Below the pieces are notes generated by a model, which was given only the letters and a program-made list of their open reading frames with translations, did no database searches and was not told the DNA's origin. A program made the translations under genes and the position numbers. 64,000 nucleotides of DNA from Malacoraja senta. Taxonomy: Eukaryota. The stretch lies in the NCBI GenBank assembly GCA_038087875.1, contig CM075999.1:2048001-2112000 (forward strand), written 5' to 3'. Shown here in pieces: positions 24,189-36,003 of this stretch. How positions within the stretch are numbered: the stretch's first letter is position 1; every line of letters starts with the position of its first letter.

Positions 24189-24239
24189 GGAGAGAGGGAG
24201 AGAGGGAGAGAGGGAGAGAGGGAGAGAGGAGGGAGAGAT

Positions 24240-24282
<43 letters not shown>

Positions 24283-24462
24283 CGAGAGAGAGAGAAAAAA
24301 TGACAGAGGGAGAGTGAGAGAACCAGAGAGAGGGAGAAAAAGAGAGAAAGGAGAGTGAGAGTGAAAGAGTGAGAGAAATGGAGAAATTGAGAGATAGAGA
24401 GAGAAAGAGAAAAGAAAGAGAAAGGAGATAGAGAGAGAAAGAGGTAAAAATGTAGAGAGAGA
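24111..24462. repeat. (GA)n / purine-rich low-complexity tract, followed by a degenerate GCAGTGGTGTG-type repeat to about 24640
   Basis: Direct inspection. Confidence 0.95.
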
Positions 24463-27140
24463 GTTTCCATAAAGTAGTAATAAAGCTATCTGTAGTGGTG
24501 TGTGTGGGATGTAGTGGTGCATGGGATGCAGTGTGTGTTAGATGCAGTGGTGCGTGGGATGCAGTGGTGTGTGGGATGCAGTGTGTATGGGCTGCAGTGG
24601 TGTGTGTGTGGGCTGCAGTGGTGTGTTGGATCATGCAGTGGTTCTGCCAGGTGTGCAGGATGTGTGGAGGCCACACAGCAGGGTGCTGTACCTGGGGTGT
24701 GGAGTTGGTGGCAGTATTGGCACGGTAATGCCGTGGGCTTTGTTGTGGCAGTGATGGCCGTGGCTCTCTGTGCCACATGGTGCCAGGAGTGTGCTACCCG
24801 CTCGCTCAGACCTTGCCACAGGGGCGACAAGTTCAGCCTGGCGCCTTGTTTCAGCGAGACTGAAAGTACATAATTATAGGCGTTGTAATGCAATGAGGCA
24901 GCGGGTTAAAAAAAAATGATGTTTATTATCAACAAATAAAATCAAGTTTCTTAGCATGAACTATAAATATTCTGTTAAGCAGAGGAAAGGAGTTTTACGC
25001 TTCATTACTGCTGCTATTTGTGAAAATGCATGACAGTAGTGGGAGTTCTTTCACAGCCTCGTTCCACATTACTAGGTAAATGTCTACAAGCACTTGGGCC
25101 TGTTCAGCAGAAGGCTATGCACTGCAGGAGAGATAATGTTTCAAAAGGAGCACTAGTCTACATTTGTGATGTTGCAGCCTGCAGTTGCTGGTATAACAAC
25201 AGCTGCTAGCCGGAGGATCGTACCATTTGGATCGCTTCTGCCAGGACAATTATAAATTGCACCTAGGGTTTACGTCAAAAAAAATTCTCTGAGTGGTCGC
25301 TCGAGCGAGGCTTGTGCCTATTGACACAGACAAGCCGTTTCGGCCAATCCGGCTGGTTGGAAGTCTGAAACGGAGGAATTGCAGATGCTGGAACCTTGAG
25401 AACCCCCCCCCCCCCCCACCCACCAACAAAGTTGATATAGAAGTTGGGAGGTCATGTTGCAGTTGTACAAGACATTGGTGAGACCACCTATTGTGTTCAG
25501 TTCTGGGCACCATGTTATAGGAGAGATAGATATTGTCAAGCTTGAAAGGGTTCAGAGAAGATTTACGAGGATGTTGCCAGCACTAGAGGGTGCGAGCTAC
25601 AGGGAGAGGTTGAGTAGGCTGGGACTCTGTTCCCTGGAGCACAGGAGGATGAGGGTGATCTTATAGAGGTGTAGAGGCTGGGACTCTGTTCCATGGAGCG
25701 CAGGAGGATGAGGGGTGATCTTATCCTCCACCTATCACTTGCCAGGCTTTGTCCTGCCCCCACCTCTCTTTTCCAGCTTCCCCCCCCCCTACTCCAATCA
25801 GTCTGAAGAAGGGTCCCAACCTGAAATAGACACAAAAAGCTGGAGTAACTCAGCAGGACAGGCAGCATCTCTGGAGAGAAGGAATAGGTGATGTTTCGGG
25901 GAGACACTTCTTCTGAAGAAGGCTCTCGGGCCGAAACGTCACCTATTCCTTTACCGAACCTGAAATGTCATGTGTCCATTCCCTCCACAGATGCTGCCTG
26001 ACCTGGTGAGTTCCTCCAGCACTTTGTGTTTTTTCGCTCCTGATTCCAGCACCTGCAGTTTCTTGTGTCCCCATTTCGCTCCAGTTTTGAGGTTTTTTTT
26101 GAGGCAGTCAGCGATGATCGTCAAGTTGAGTTTATTGTCCAAAACGTCGCCCATCCCTTCTCTCCAGAGATGCTGCCTGTCCCGCTGAGTTCCACCTGCA
26201 TTTTGTGTCTGTCTCCAGACGGAACGCAGTGCTTCAATAAGTTGGCACAGCATCACTGGCGTAGCGACAGGAATGGACAATAAACGCCGGCCTTGACAGC
26301 AACGCCTAAATCCCTGAAAAATGCACAAGTACAAATTAACTTGGGGCGATAACGAAACCTCCGTGCTGTGGGGTTGGTGGGAGCTTTGAAAACGCTCGTA
26401 CACCAAATCAAAGAGGCAGAAAGACACAAAATGATTCAAGATTCAAGTGAGTTTATTGTCATGTGTCCCTGATAGGACAATGAAATTCTTGCTTTGCTTC
26501 AGCACAACAGAACATAGTAGGCATGAATACAGAACAGATCAGTGTGTCCATATACCATTATATAAATATATACACACATGAATAAATAAACTGATAAAGT
26601 GCAAATAACAGATAATGGGCTATTAATGTTCAGAGTTTTGTCCGAGCCGAGTTTAATAGCCTGATGGCTGTGGGGAAGTAGCTATTCCTGAACCTGGTCG
26701 TTGCAGTCTTCAGGCTCCTGTACCTGCTACCTGAGCACAAAGCTGGAGTAACTCAGCGGGTCAGACAGCATCTCTGGAGAGAAGGAACGGGTGACGTTTC
26801 GGGTCGAGACTGAATCAATAAATTATTTATTAAAATAATCGAATGACTCAGAAAGTATATTTTCAGAGAATCAAGGAAGAAAATCTGATTTTTTTTTTTG
26901 TGATATGCAATATAATAGTAAGATTAAACGAGAACTTACCAGTTTGAAGTTTGATCTGTATTTTATGAGGAGTTACGATGAGGGATTACGTGAAGAACCC
27001 GCTCAGTGCGCAGGCGCGGCATACTTCCAAGCAGCGGTGTGGAATCACAGATAGACACAGGTATTTGAAGTAAACATAGTAAAGAAAAGGAGACATCAAT
27101 TTATTAGTTTGATCCATATAATGAGGGTGGGAGCGGAGGG

Positions 27141-27253
27141 CACGTAATCCCTCATCGTAACTCCTCATAAAATACAGATCAAACTTCAAACTGGTAAGTT
27201 CTCGTTTAATCTTACTATTTTACTTCGGAGTCACGTGAGTGACTTCGTGAAGA
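27141..27253. repeat. DIRS internal complementary region (ICR)
   Basis: 27141-27219 is the reverse complement of 26914-26992, and 27217-27253 is the reverse complement of 31548-31584. Confidence 0.95.
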
Positions 27254-27420
27254 TTTCAAAGCTCTGTGATTTCAAACCGTGTAACAGTTTTATTTCACTC
27301 ACTGCCGAAAGTTCTTGAGGGAGGAAGTGTTATCGTAATCAACCTATGAATCTGTTTCTCAAGAAACACAAAAGGTAGTTATTAACAATAACAAAATTAA
27401 AGTGCTCCCCCGGGCTTAAC

Positions 27421-28380
27421 TTAAATATTTGCAGCTTGTAATATTTTCTCTGCAAATAAATCAGGTTTCATCAACGGCTTATTATAAAAGTTCTGAATGT
27501 CGTTTCCCTCGACCATCCTGCTGTATTCAGAATATGGTCAACCGGTACGTCCATTCTGTCGGCCGTTGATGTAGATGCTGCCCTAGTGGAATGAGATTTA
27601 AATGTATTAGTATCTATTCCGGCAGCCTTCAGTACCTGTTTGAGCCATCTTTAAATGGTTTGGCTCGTTACCCGGCCATGAGGTTACTTGTGGCTGACCC
27701 ATAAGGCTTTTTCACTCCCTCTGATATTGTGGGTTGTGTCTATATAATGTTGTAGATGGGTCACGACACACAACCGTGGCTTTTGTGGGTAGGCCCGGAA
27801 TACCACCAGTGGATTAGCTGTTCCTGGCCTGCTTTGCTTCACCAGACCCTGTATGATGAATGTGATCTGATCTGGGGTGGTCACCATGTTGTCCAGCCTT
27901 AACTTGTGTAGTGACTGGACCCTCTGAGCGGATACGAGTGCCATCAACATGAGCGTCTTTAGTGTAGATTGCTCGAGGCTGAGGGATCTGGCTGGTGGCC
28001 ATTCCCTGAGGTATGTCAGGACCACACTGATATCCCAAATATGGGTATACCTGGGTTTAGGGGCTTGATATCATAAATGCCCTTCATCAGTTTTACCACC
28101 AGTGGATGGGATCCCATTGCCTGTTGTCCTGCTGGTTTGAGATAAGCAGAAAGAGCACTTCGCGCTGTGTTGATGGCACTGTAACTGATCCCTTCATCAT
28201 GGTGTAGATGGGCCAGGAATTCCAGTACGTTGGTGGCTGTGGCTGTTGCATACGTTGTCCCTGTTTCCTGGCAGTACTTCTCCCATTTTCTTATGCTGAT
28301 TCAGTACTGCCTCTTGGTGGATGTTCAAAGGGATGCCGACATGGTGGTGATGGTTCGTTCGGACAATCCCTGTTCCAGGT
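27421..28380 (-). pseudogene. DIRS tyrosine recombinase (stops and frameshifts)
   Basis: SYSAINTARSALS, GSHPLVVKLMKG, SAQRVQSL, RLCVVTHL, FKSHSTRAASTS (HxxR), ILNTAGWS..TFYNK. Confidence 0.9.
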
Positions 28381-28389
28381 AAGATCTAT

Positions 28390-28760
28390 TCAAAGCCTGC
28401 AACCCAGGAGTTTAATTTTCTCATGGCATGGGTGGCTTATGCCTGATACTGGGTGAGTTAATAATCCTGGATCACTGGGAAAGACCATTGGTGACTCAAC
28501 CACCATGTCATGTAGAACCGGGAACCATGGCTGTGTAGGCCAGTCGGGCACCATCAAAATTCCAGAAGCAGAGTCCATCTATATTTTGCGAAGTACCCGA
28601 CTGATGAGGCAGAAGGGAGGGAAAGCATAGAAGAAGACATTTCCCCAATCCAGCGTGATGGCATGTATCGCTGCTGCCTCTGGGTCTGGTTCCCAAGCGA
28701 CATATATAGGTAACTGGTGATTTCGTCTTGATGCAAATACATCGATATCTGGCGTTCCAT
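28390..28760 (-). pseudogene. DIRS DNA adenine methyltransferase-like domain
   Basis: PDIDVFASRRNHQLPIY, FYAFPPFCLISRVLRKI*, ILMVPDWPTQPWFP. Confidence 0.82.
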
Positions 28761-28819
28761 ACTGCTTAATAACTTTAGCAAATACTTTAGGGTTGAACAT
28801 CCATTCGATGTTATCATTG

Positions 28820-29960
28820 AATTTGCGTGACCTGGTGTCTGCCACTGTGTTTAGCTTACCTGGTAGATAAGTAGCTGATAGCCAAATATGTCTTTCGACA
28901 CACCATAGCCAAATCACATTGACCAATTTGTCGCATGATAATGATTTTATGCCGCCCATATGGTTAATATAAGCCACCACCGTAGTATTATCAATCTGTA
29001 ACCGAACATGCAAGTGCTGCATATTAGCTACATATGCTTTTAACCCATAAAAGGCGCCCAACATCTCTAGATAGTTAATGCCCAGTGTCAGAGTAATGAT
29101 GACTCTAGGTTAGTCCATCTAGCACCTGTGCTGGATATGGAGTAAGTTGCTCCCAGCCTTGAGCACTGCCATCTGTTTGAAGAACTAAAGTAAGGTTAGT
29201 GATGATGATAGAGCTGAAACTATGCCAAACATTTTCTGCCCACCACTGTAGCTGATATTGCTTCAGTGGGTAATTACATGACACGAACATCGTGACCTGT
29301 ATGTCGTTTTAGTGCCTGTACCTTTGCTGTTTGTAAATTTTGATAGTGCAAAGGTCCGCATTGTGTAGCTGGAAATGCTGCTACCATTTTCCCAATCACT
29401 CTTGGGACTTGTCGAATAGTTGGTCGTTTGTTGACCATTTTTTATTTTTATTTTCCTTTTGGCAAGGTAACAGTCATATGGACTGAGTTAATTGTGAAGC
29501 CCAGGTAGTCCATAATAGTGGATGGCTTCAACTTAGATTTATCTGGATGTAGGATGAACCCCAGAGTTTCGAGGAGCTATTTTGTAGCTGATACTGCTGC
29601 CACAGCCAATTCCATCGTTTTCCCTACTATCTGAATATCATCCAGGTATGCCATGACAATATGTTTCTTAGTCTTGCCATGGCTATTTTCAATATTTTGA
29701 TGAATAATCTTGGGGCTGAGGTTAGCCCATTGGGCAATGCGTTGTACTGCCTCAGCTGCCCCAACCAGATAAATTGTAGGTATCTGCAATGATCCTTGTG
29801 TATGGGTATTAGATAGTAAGCATCTTTCAGATCAATGCTTGCCATGAAGTATCCTTTGGAAATCAGTTGTTTGGCAGTAACAACTGTCTCCATTTTGAAA
29901 TGTATATACTCAACAAACTTATTTAGTGATGTTAAGGCAATGATGATGCGACATCCACCA
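28820..29960 (-). pseudogene. DIRS reverse transcriptase plus RNase H (frameshifted, internal deletions)
   Basis: FMASIDLKDAYYLIPIH, ALPNGLTSAPRLF, AYLDD; LQTDGS, RLQIDNTTVVAYINHMGG, YLPGKLNTVADTRSR. Confidence 0.9.
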
Positions 29961-30169
29961 TCTTTTGGGTTTTATTTGATACAAATTCCAAAGGTTCATG
30001 TTTGGTCTTTTGGATGACCTCTCCACTAATGCTGTTGAGTATATACTTATCACACGTGACAGTAACCCATGCTTCTTTAAACCAGTGTAAGCTCCCCTCT
30101 GTTAGTAAAGCACCCTTATTCTCTATATGCTGGCAGGAACCAGACCCACCTACCTCCATGTTCAGTGGT

Positions 30170-31414
30170 GTTTCTTTTGTTTCCTGATGTTTTTGTAGGT
30201 TTTGCTTGTCTGACGTGCTGGCGATGTTGGGGGGTGGCGCATTTTCCATGGGGTCCGCTGTGGGCCCTGATCTAAAAAAGATCTTTTGGGGATAAAATGC
30301 GGTCCCCGAGCTTTCACCAGTCCCATATTGAGGACGTCGACTGGTGGATGCCATGGGGTGCTGCCGCTTGGGTATTGTAGCTCTTGGTTTGCTCGTCCCA
30401 GGGCCTGCCCTCATGAGGCCGAAAGATGTCGCTGCTTCCTCCATGTCCCTCAGTTTTTTGTTGAGGTCTTTCCCAAATAACAGAGCATCCGTCTCTGCAG
30501 CTGGGGCTCTGCACAACCCAGCAAATTTGGGATTGAGGGCAGGTCTTATGTTTCCCCGCCGGAGATTGTGTATTGCACATCAGTGCCAGCACATCCTGCT
30601 GGCAAGTATCCATCTCCGTACTTTGCACAGAACGAGCAAAGGCTGTAATGGCCGACGTCCGGAGCCTTAGGATCCGCTGTAGCTTGATTTCATGGTTACA
30701 CATGTTTGACCCCACGTGACCCCAGATCTGGCTGTTCACAGTCTTCACTCTGAGGGTCTCACAGTTCTCTGGTGCTGTATAAAATTCAAGCACCTCAAGA
30801 AGTACCTTCTCCTGCAAGGGCTTATTTGACAGATGATTGATGCTGGCCGCCATGTTTGGTTCCAGCGGTCTTCCAGCACGTGGGGTTGCTACATAGCGGT
30901 CCACCACACCCAGCAGCTCTTCCTGCTCCTGCACCCCTTGCATACTGCCGAATTCTTCCGCCAGCCCCTTTCCAGACCAGCCCAACCCTGGTCACCAATG
31001 CTAGCCTCCAGTAATGAGGGAGCAGAGGGCAGTGCCCAAGACACTGTGGAGGAGGTGCCTGACCTACCTCCTGCGAGAATGCTCCTTCTGCGTAGCTCGC
31101 TGGAGCATCTGCTCCAAGAGCTGTTATAAGCTCTGGCGGCTGTCTCTCCTCCGTGTAGGTGGAGACATGTCCCCATCCGACAAATCAGACATTACCGGCC
31201 GGTTGCTCTCATGGCTTTGCTCCCTGTCCGCTGTGCAGGCATTAGCGGGACTGGGCTCGGCTCGGTGTCGGGGATAGCGGAGCGCTCTATGAGCGGTCCT
31301 GCCGCCTGTTGCTGCCCCCCTGAGATTAAACGCTCCTCTGGTGGAGTTGAGCTGGGGGCAGTTCTGTTGGAGAGTCTTCTGGTGAGTGTACTTATTTGCT
31401 AAGAACACCCACAC
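30170..31414 (-). pseudogene. DIRS ORF1 (gag-like), fragmented
   Basis: Lies 5' of the RT inside the element; overlapping ORF pieces including APENCETLRVKTVNSQIW and LLFGKDLNKKLRDM. Confidence 0.65.
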
Positions 31415-32175
31415 TCTCTTTCTCTGTTAGACTTAGTTGAATATACTCACCCAACGGTCCGTTTCAAAATGCAGCCGGAGCGCCTTCCTCCAGCTGCCGC
31501 CGCTGTTGCACTGCTGGCGTAATGCCGCGCCTGCGCACTGAGCGGGTTCTTCACGAAGTCACTCACGTGACTCCGAAGTAAAATTGAAATTATTGGGCAA
31601 TTGTTTCTCCTAATAAGTCAGTAATTTTTTTTAAACTTCTAATCACACTCGCATTGTGTTTCTGAACTCAATAAATTTAATATGCAATACTAGAAATGAA
31701 AGAACATTTTGCAAATCTATATGGCACCTTAATATGGAACCTTATGTGTAGGAAGGAACTGCAGATGCTGGTTTAAAACGAAGATAGATGCAAAATGCTG
31801 GAGTAACTCAGCGGGACAGACAGGCAGCTTCTCTGGAGAGAAGGAATGGGTGGCGTTTCAGGTCGAGACTCTTCTTCAGACTTAGTAACCACTGAGTAAC
31901 TCCAGCACTTTGTGTCCTCAAATGATATAGTTTCTCTCTCCTATTAAATATCATCCATGCATTTACCAGTGTTGTCTGACTCTATGTCTAGGCCCAGCAG
32001 TATAATCAGTTGGAACAACTCCACTTGATACATGATATACAATTAATATACTCCTTAAATAGATTAGCAATGCTAAGACGGAGCTCAGTCCTTCATTACC
32101 ACCACGCCCCTTGGCTTGATACATGCAGTCCTGACAATTGTTCTCCATGTGTGAAGAGCTCCATCCAGAATATTA

Positions 32176-32496
32176 TAGCCCTGTCCCACTGTACGAGTTC
32201 ATTCCAAGAGCTCTCCTGAGTTAAAAAAAATCAAACTGGTGGTAAGCACGGAGAATGAACGTTAGTGGGTACATCGGAGCTCGGGGACGTCTCTTAGCGC
32301 TAACGGCAGGTACTCGGGAAGACTCGCTAATGGCAGGTAAGCTCGGGAAGACTGGTGAAGATTTTACAACACGTTGAAAAATGTCCACGAGAGCCCCGAG
32401 TACTGACGAGCGGCCATTACCGTAAATCTCCGAGTTCGAATCAGGTCAAACTCGGGGAGAGCTCTTGGAATGAACTCGTACCGTGGGACAGGGGTT
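32176..32496. mobile_element. PIF/Harbinger-type MITE
   Basis: ~40-bp TIR CCCTGTCCCACTGTACGAGTTCATTCCAAGAGCTCTCC; TTA on the left flank only. Confidence 0.7.
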
Positions 32497-32711
32497 GAAA
32501 AAAATCAGGCAAGAGGTACAGAAGTGTGAAAACGCACACACCTCCAGATTCAGGGACAATTTCCTCCCAGCTGTTATCAGGCAGCTGAACCATCCTACCA
32601 CAAACTAGAGAGCGGGCCTGAGCTGCCATCGACCTCATTGGAGACCCTCGGGCTATCTTTTATTGAACTTCAATTTGCACTGAACGTTATATCCTTTACC
32701 CTGTGTCTGTA

Positions 32712-33120
32712 TAAGAAGGAACTGCAGATGCTGGAAAATCGAAGGTAGACAAAAGTGCTGGAGAAACTCAGCGGGTGCAGCAGCATCTATGGAGCGAAGG
32801 AAATAGGCAACGTTTCGGGCTGAAACCCTGAAGGAAATAGGCAACGTTTTGTGTTGAAACCCTGAAGGAAATAGGCAACGTTTCGGGCCGAAACCCTGAA
32901 GGAAAGAGGCAACGTTTTGGGCCGAAACTTTGAAGGAAATAGGAAACGTTTTGTGCTGAAACCCTGAAGGAAATAGGCAACGTTTCGGGCCGAAACCCTG
33001 AAGGAAATAGGCAACGTTTTGGGCCGAAACCCTTCCGGGTTTCGGCCCGAAACGTTGCCTATTTCCTTCGCTCCATAGATGCTGCTGCACCCGCTGAGTT
33101 TCTCCGCCACTCTTGTCTAA
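32712..33120. mobile_element. Fold-back PLE-derived element with a 7-unit 34-bp array and 12-bp TSD
   Basis: Unit GAAGGAAATAGGCAACGTTTCGGGCCGAAACCCT at 32796-33033; TSD CCTGTRTCTGTA at 32700-32711 and 33121-33132 (one mismatch). Confidence 0.8.
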
Positions 33121-34082
33121 CCTGTATCTGTACACTGTGGATGGCTTGGTTGTAGTTCCAGCTTCGATCCCGACCGCGGCCGCTTGCCCGCACGGGAGCT
33201 AGTATACGGGGTGATTGATGGTCGGTGGGCCGAAGGGCCTGTTTCCATGCTGTATCTCCGAAGACCACTTGCATGTGTAAGCCACGTCCATAATTAAAGC
33301 TGATGTTTGATACATCCAAGGCACTAACATTTGCTCAACTTTTATGTCAACAGAAAGAAAAAGGTCAAGTTTTGATATTGCTAATTGACGCTGAAGTTAT
33401 TGACGTATATTAATTTCACAATGCCAAGAGACAGCCGCGGAAAAGGCAGAGAGCGGAGAACATTTGATATCGACATTGAACAATGTGTTACATTTGGCCC
33501 CTTGCTGATTATCTTGCCTTCGTTATGGGATCTGCAACAAGGTGGTTAGTTCCCTTGCAAGCCAGCAAAGTGGAGCAGCGGTGGAGTTGCTGCCTCACAG
33601 CACCAGAGACCTATTGTCAATAGGCAATAGACAATAGACAATAGGTGCAGGAGTAGGCCATTCGGCCCTTCGAGCCAGCACCGCCATTCACTGTGATCAC
33701 GGCTGATCATCCCCAATCAGTACCCCGTTCCTGCCTTCTCCCCTGACTCTGCTATCTTTAAGAGCCCTATCTAGCTCTCTCTTGAAAGCATCCGGAGAAC
33801 CTGCCTCCACCGCCCTCTGAGGCAGAGAATTCCACAGACTCACCACTCCCTGTGAGAAAAAGTGTTTCCTCGTCTCCGTTCTAAACGGCTTACTCCTTAT
33901 TCTTAAACTGTGTGTGTGGCCCCTGGTTCTGGACTCCCCCAACATCGGGAACATGTTTCCTGCCTCCAGCTGTGTCCAAACCCTCAACAATCTTAATCGA
34001 TCCTGACCGCGGGCGCTGCGTGGGTTTTCTCCGGATGCTCCTGTTTCCTCCCACACTCCAAAGACGTGCAGGTTTGTAGGTT

Positions 34083-34323
34083 TAGGAAGGAACTGCAGAT
34101 GCTGGAAAATCGAAGGTAGACAAAAGTGCTGGAGAAACTCAGCGGGTGCAGCAGCATCTATGGAGCGAAGGAAATAGGCAACGTTTCGGGACGAAATCCT
34201 GAAGGGTTTCGGCCCGAAACGTTGCCTATTTCCTGAAGGGTTTTGGCCCGAAACGTTGCCTATTTCCTTCGCTCCACAGATGCTGCTGCACCCGCTGAGT
34301 TTCTCCAGCATTTTTGTCTACCT
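34083..34323. mobile_element. Fold-back PLE-derived element with a 2-unit array
   Basis: Same arms as the copies at 20505 and 32712; no TSD seen. Confidence 0.72.
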
Positions 34324-35212
34324 CTGGGAGTTGCTGAGTAAGTGAGATAACCTAGAACTAGTGTGAATGGGTGATTGCTGTTCGGTGTGGACTCAGTGGG
34401 CCGAACGGCCTGTTTCCATGCTGGTCGTCGATATAAACCAGCATCTGCAGTTCTTTCCCACACAAAGATATTTCAGATATACAAAGCATTGATACCTCCA
34501 GCCAGTCAGTCAAGTCAAGTCAAGACAAGTCAAGTGAGTTTATTGTCATGTGTCCCTGGTAGGACAATGAAATTCTTGCTTCTCCCCATATTCCCTGACT
34601 CTAGCCCCTAGAGCTCTATCTAACTCTCTCTTAAATCCATTCAGTGACTTGGCCTCCACTGCCCTCTGTGGCAGGGAATTCCACAAATTCACAACTCTCT
34701 GGGTGAAAACGTTTTTTTCTCACCTCAGTCTTAAATGAGCTCCCCTTTATTCTAAGAAGTTTGTTGATGACGCACCATTCATCAGTGAATAGTTTCGAGC
34801 TGGAAAGGGTACAGAGAAGATTTACGAGGATGTTGCCAGAGCTAAAGGGTGTGAGCTATCGGGAGAGGTTGAGCAGGCTGGGACTCTATTCCTTGGAGCG
34901 CAGGAGGATGAGGGGCGATCTTATAGAGGTGTATAAAATCATGAGAGGAATAGATCGGGTAGATGCCCAGAGTCTCTTGCCCAGAGTAGGGGAATCGAGG
35001 ACCAGAGGACATACTGTAGGTTTGTATGTTAATTGGCTTGGTGTAAATGTAAATTGATCCTTGTGTGTGCATGATAGTGTTAGTGTGGGGGGGGGGGGGG
35101 GATCGTTGGTCAGCGCATACTTGGTGGGCCGAAGGGCCTGTTTCCACGCTGTATCTCTAAAATCTAAAGTAAAGTAGCCATACAATATAATCTATAATAT
35201 ATAAAGGAATCA

Positions 35213-36003
35213 ATGTTTGGACACGCTAGAGGCAGGAAACATGTTCCCGATGTTGGGGGAGTCCAGAACCAGGGGCCACAGTTTAAGAATAAGGAGTAAG
35301 CCATTTAGAACGGAGACGAGGAAACACGTTTTCTCACAGAGAGTGGTGAGTCTGTGGAATTCTCTGCCTCAGATGGCGGTTGAGGCGGGTTCTCTGGATG
35401 CTTTCAAGAGAGAGCTTGGTTTATACTCTCTAGAATTTAGGAGATTGAGAGGGGATCTTATAGAAACTTACAAAATTCTTAAGGGGTTGGACAGGCTAGA
35501 TGCAGGAAGATTGCTCCCGATGTTGGGGAAGTCCAGGACAAGGGGTCACAGCTTAAGGATAAGGGGGAAATCCTTTAAAACCGAGATGAGAAGAACTTTT
35601 TTCACACAGAGAGTGGTGAATCTCTGGAACTCTCTGCCACAGAGGGTAGTCGAGGCCAGTTCATTGGCTATATTTAAGAGGGAGTTAGATGTGGCCCTTG
35701 TGGCTAAAGAGATCAGGGTGTATGGAGAGAAGGGAGGCACGGGATACTGAGTTGGATGATCAGCGATGATCATATTGAATGGCGGTGCAGGCTCGAAGGG
35801 CCGAATGGCCTACTCCTGCACCTAATTTCTATGTTCTATGTTTCTATAGGGCCCTTAAAAATAGCGGAGTCGGGGGATATGGGGAGAAGGCAGGAACGGG
35901 GTACTGATTGGGGATGATCAGCCATGATCACATTGAATGGCGGTGCTGGCTCGAAGGGCCGAATGGCCTACTCCTGCACCTATTGTCTATTGTCTATTGT
36001 CTA
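35213..36003 (+). mobile_element. CR1 3' fragment (35416-35845) nested in another CR1 3' fragment
   Basis: The host tail breaks after GAGAGAGCT and resumes as ATAGGGCCCTTAAAAATAGCGG. This explains the duplicated motifs in ORF 35217-35750. Confidence 0.8.

Larger units (their letters stand above)
26914..31584 (-). mobile_element. DIRS1-like tyrosine-recombinase retrotransposon, termini intact, ORFs decayed
   Basis: 34-bp perfect ITR (26989-27022 / 31522-31555); internal complementary region 27141-27253 matches both termini; domain order gag-RT-RNase H-methyltransferase-YR; AAT core at both ends. Confidence 0.95.

Noticed and set aside
24018..24893. Cluster of long ORFs (ER/SL repeats, His/Thr-rich)
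   Set aside because: Translations of GA microsatellite and degenerate simple repeats.
35217..35750. 177-aa ORF with an internal repeat
   Set aside because: In-frame fusion of two nested CR1 3' fragments.
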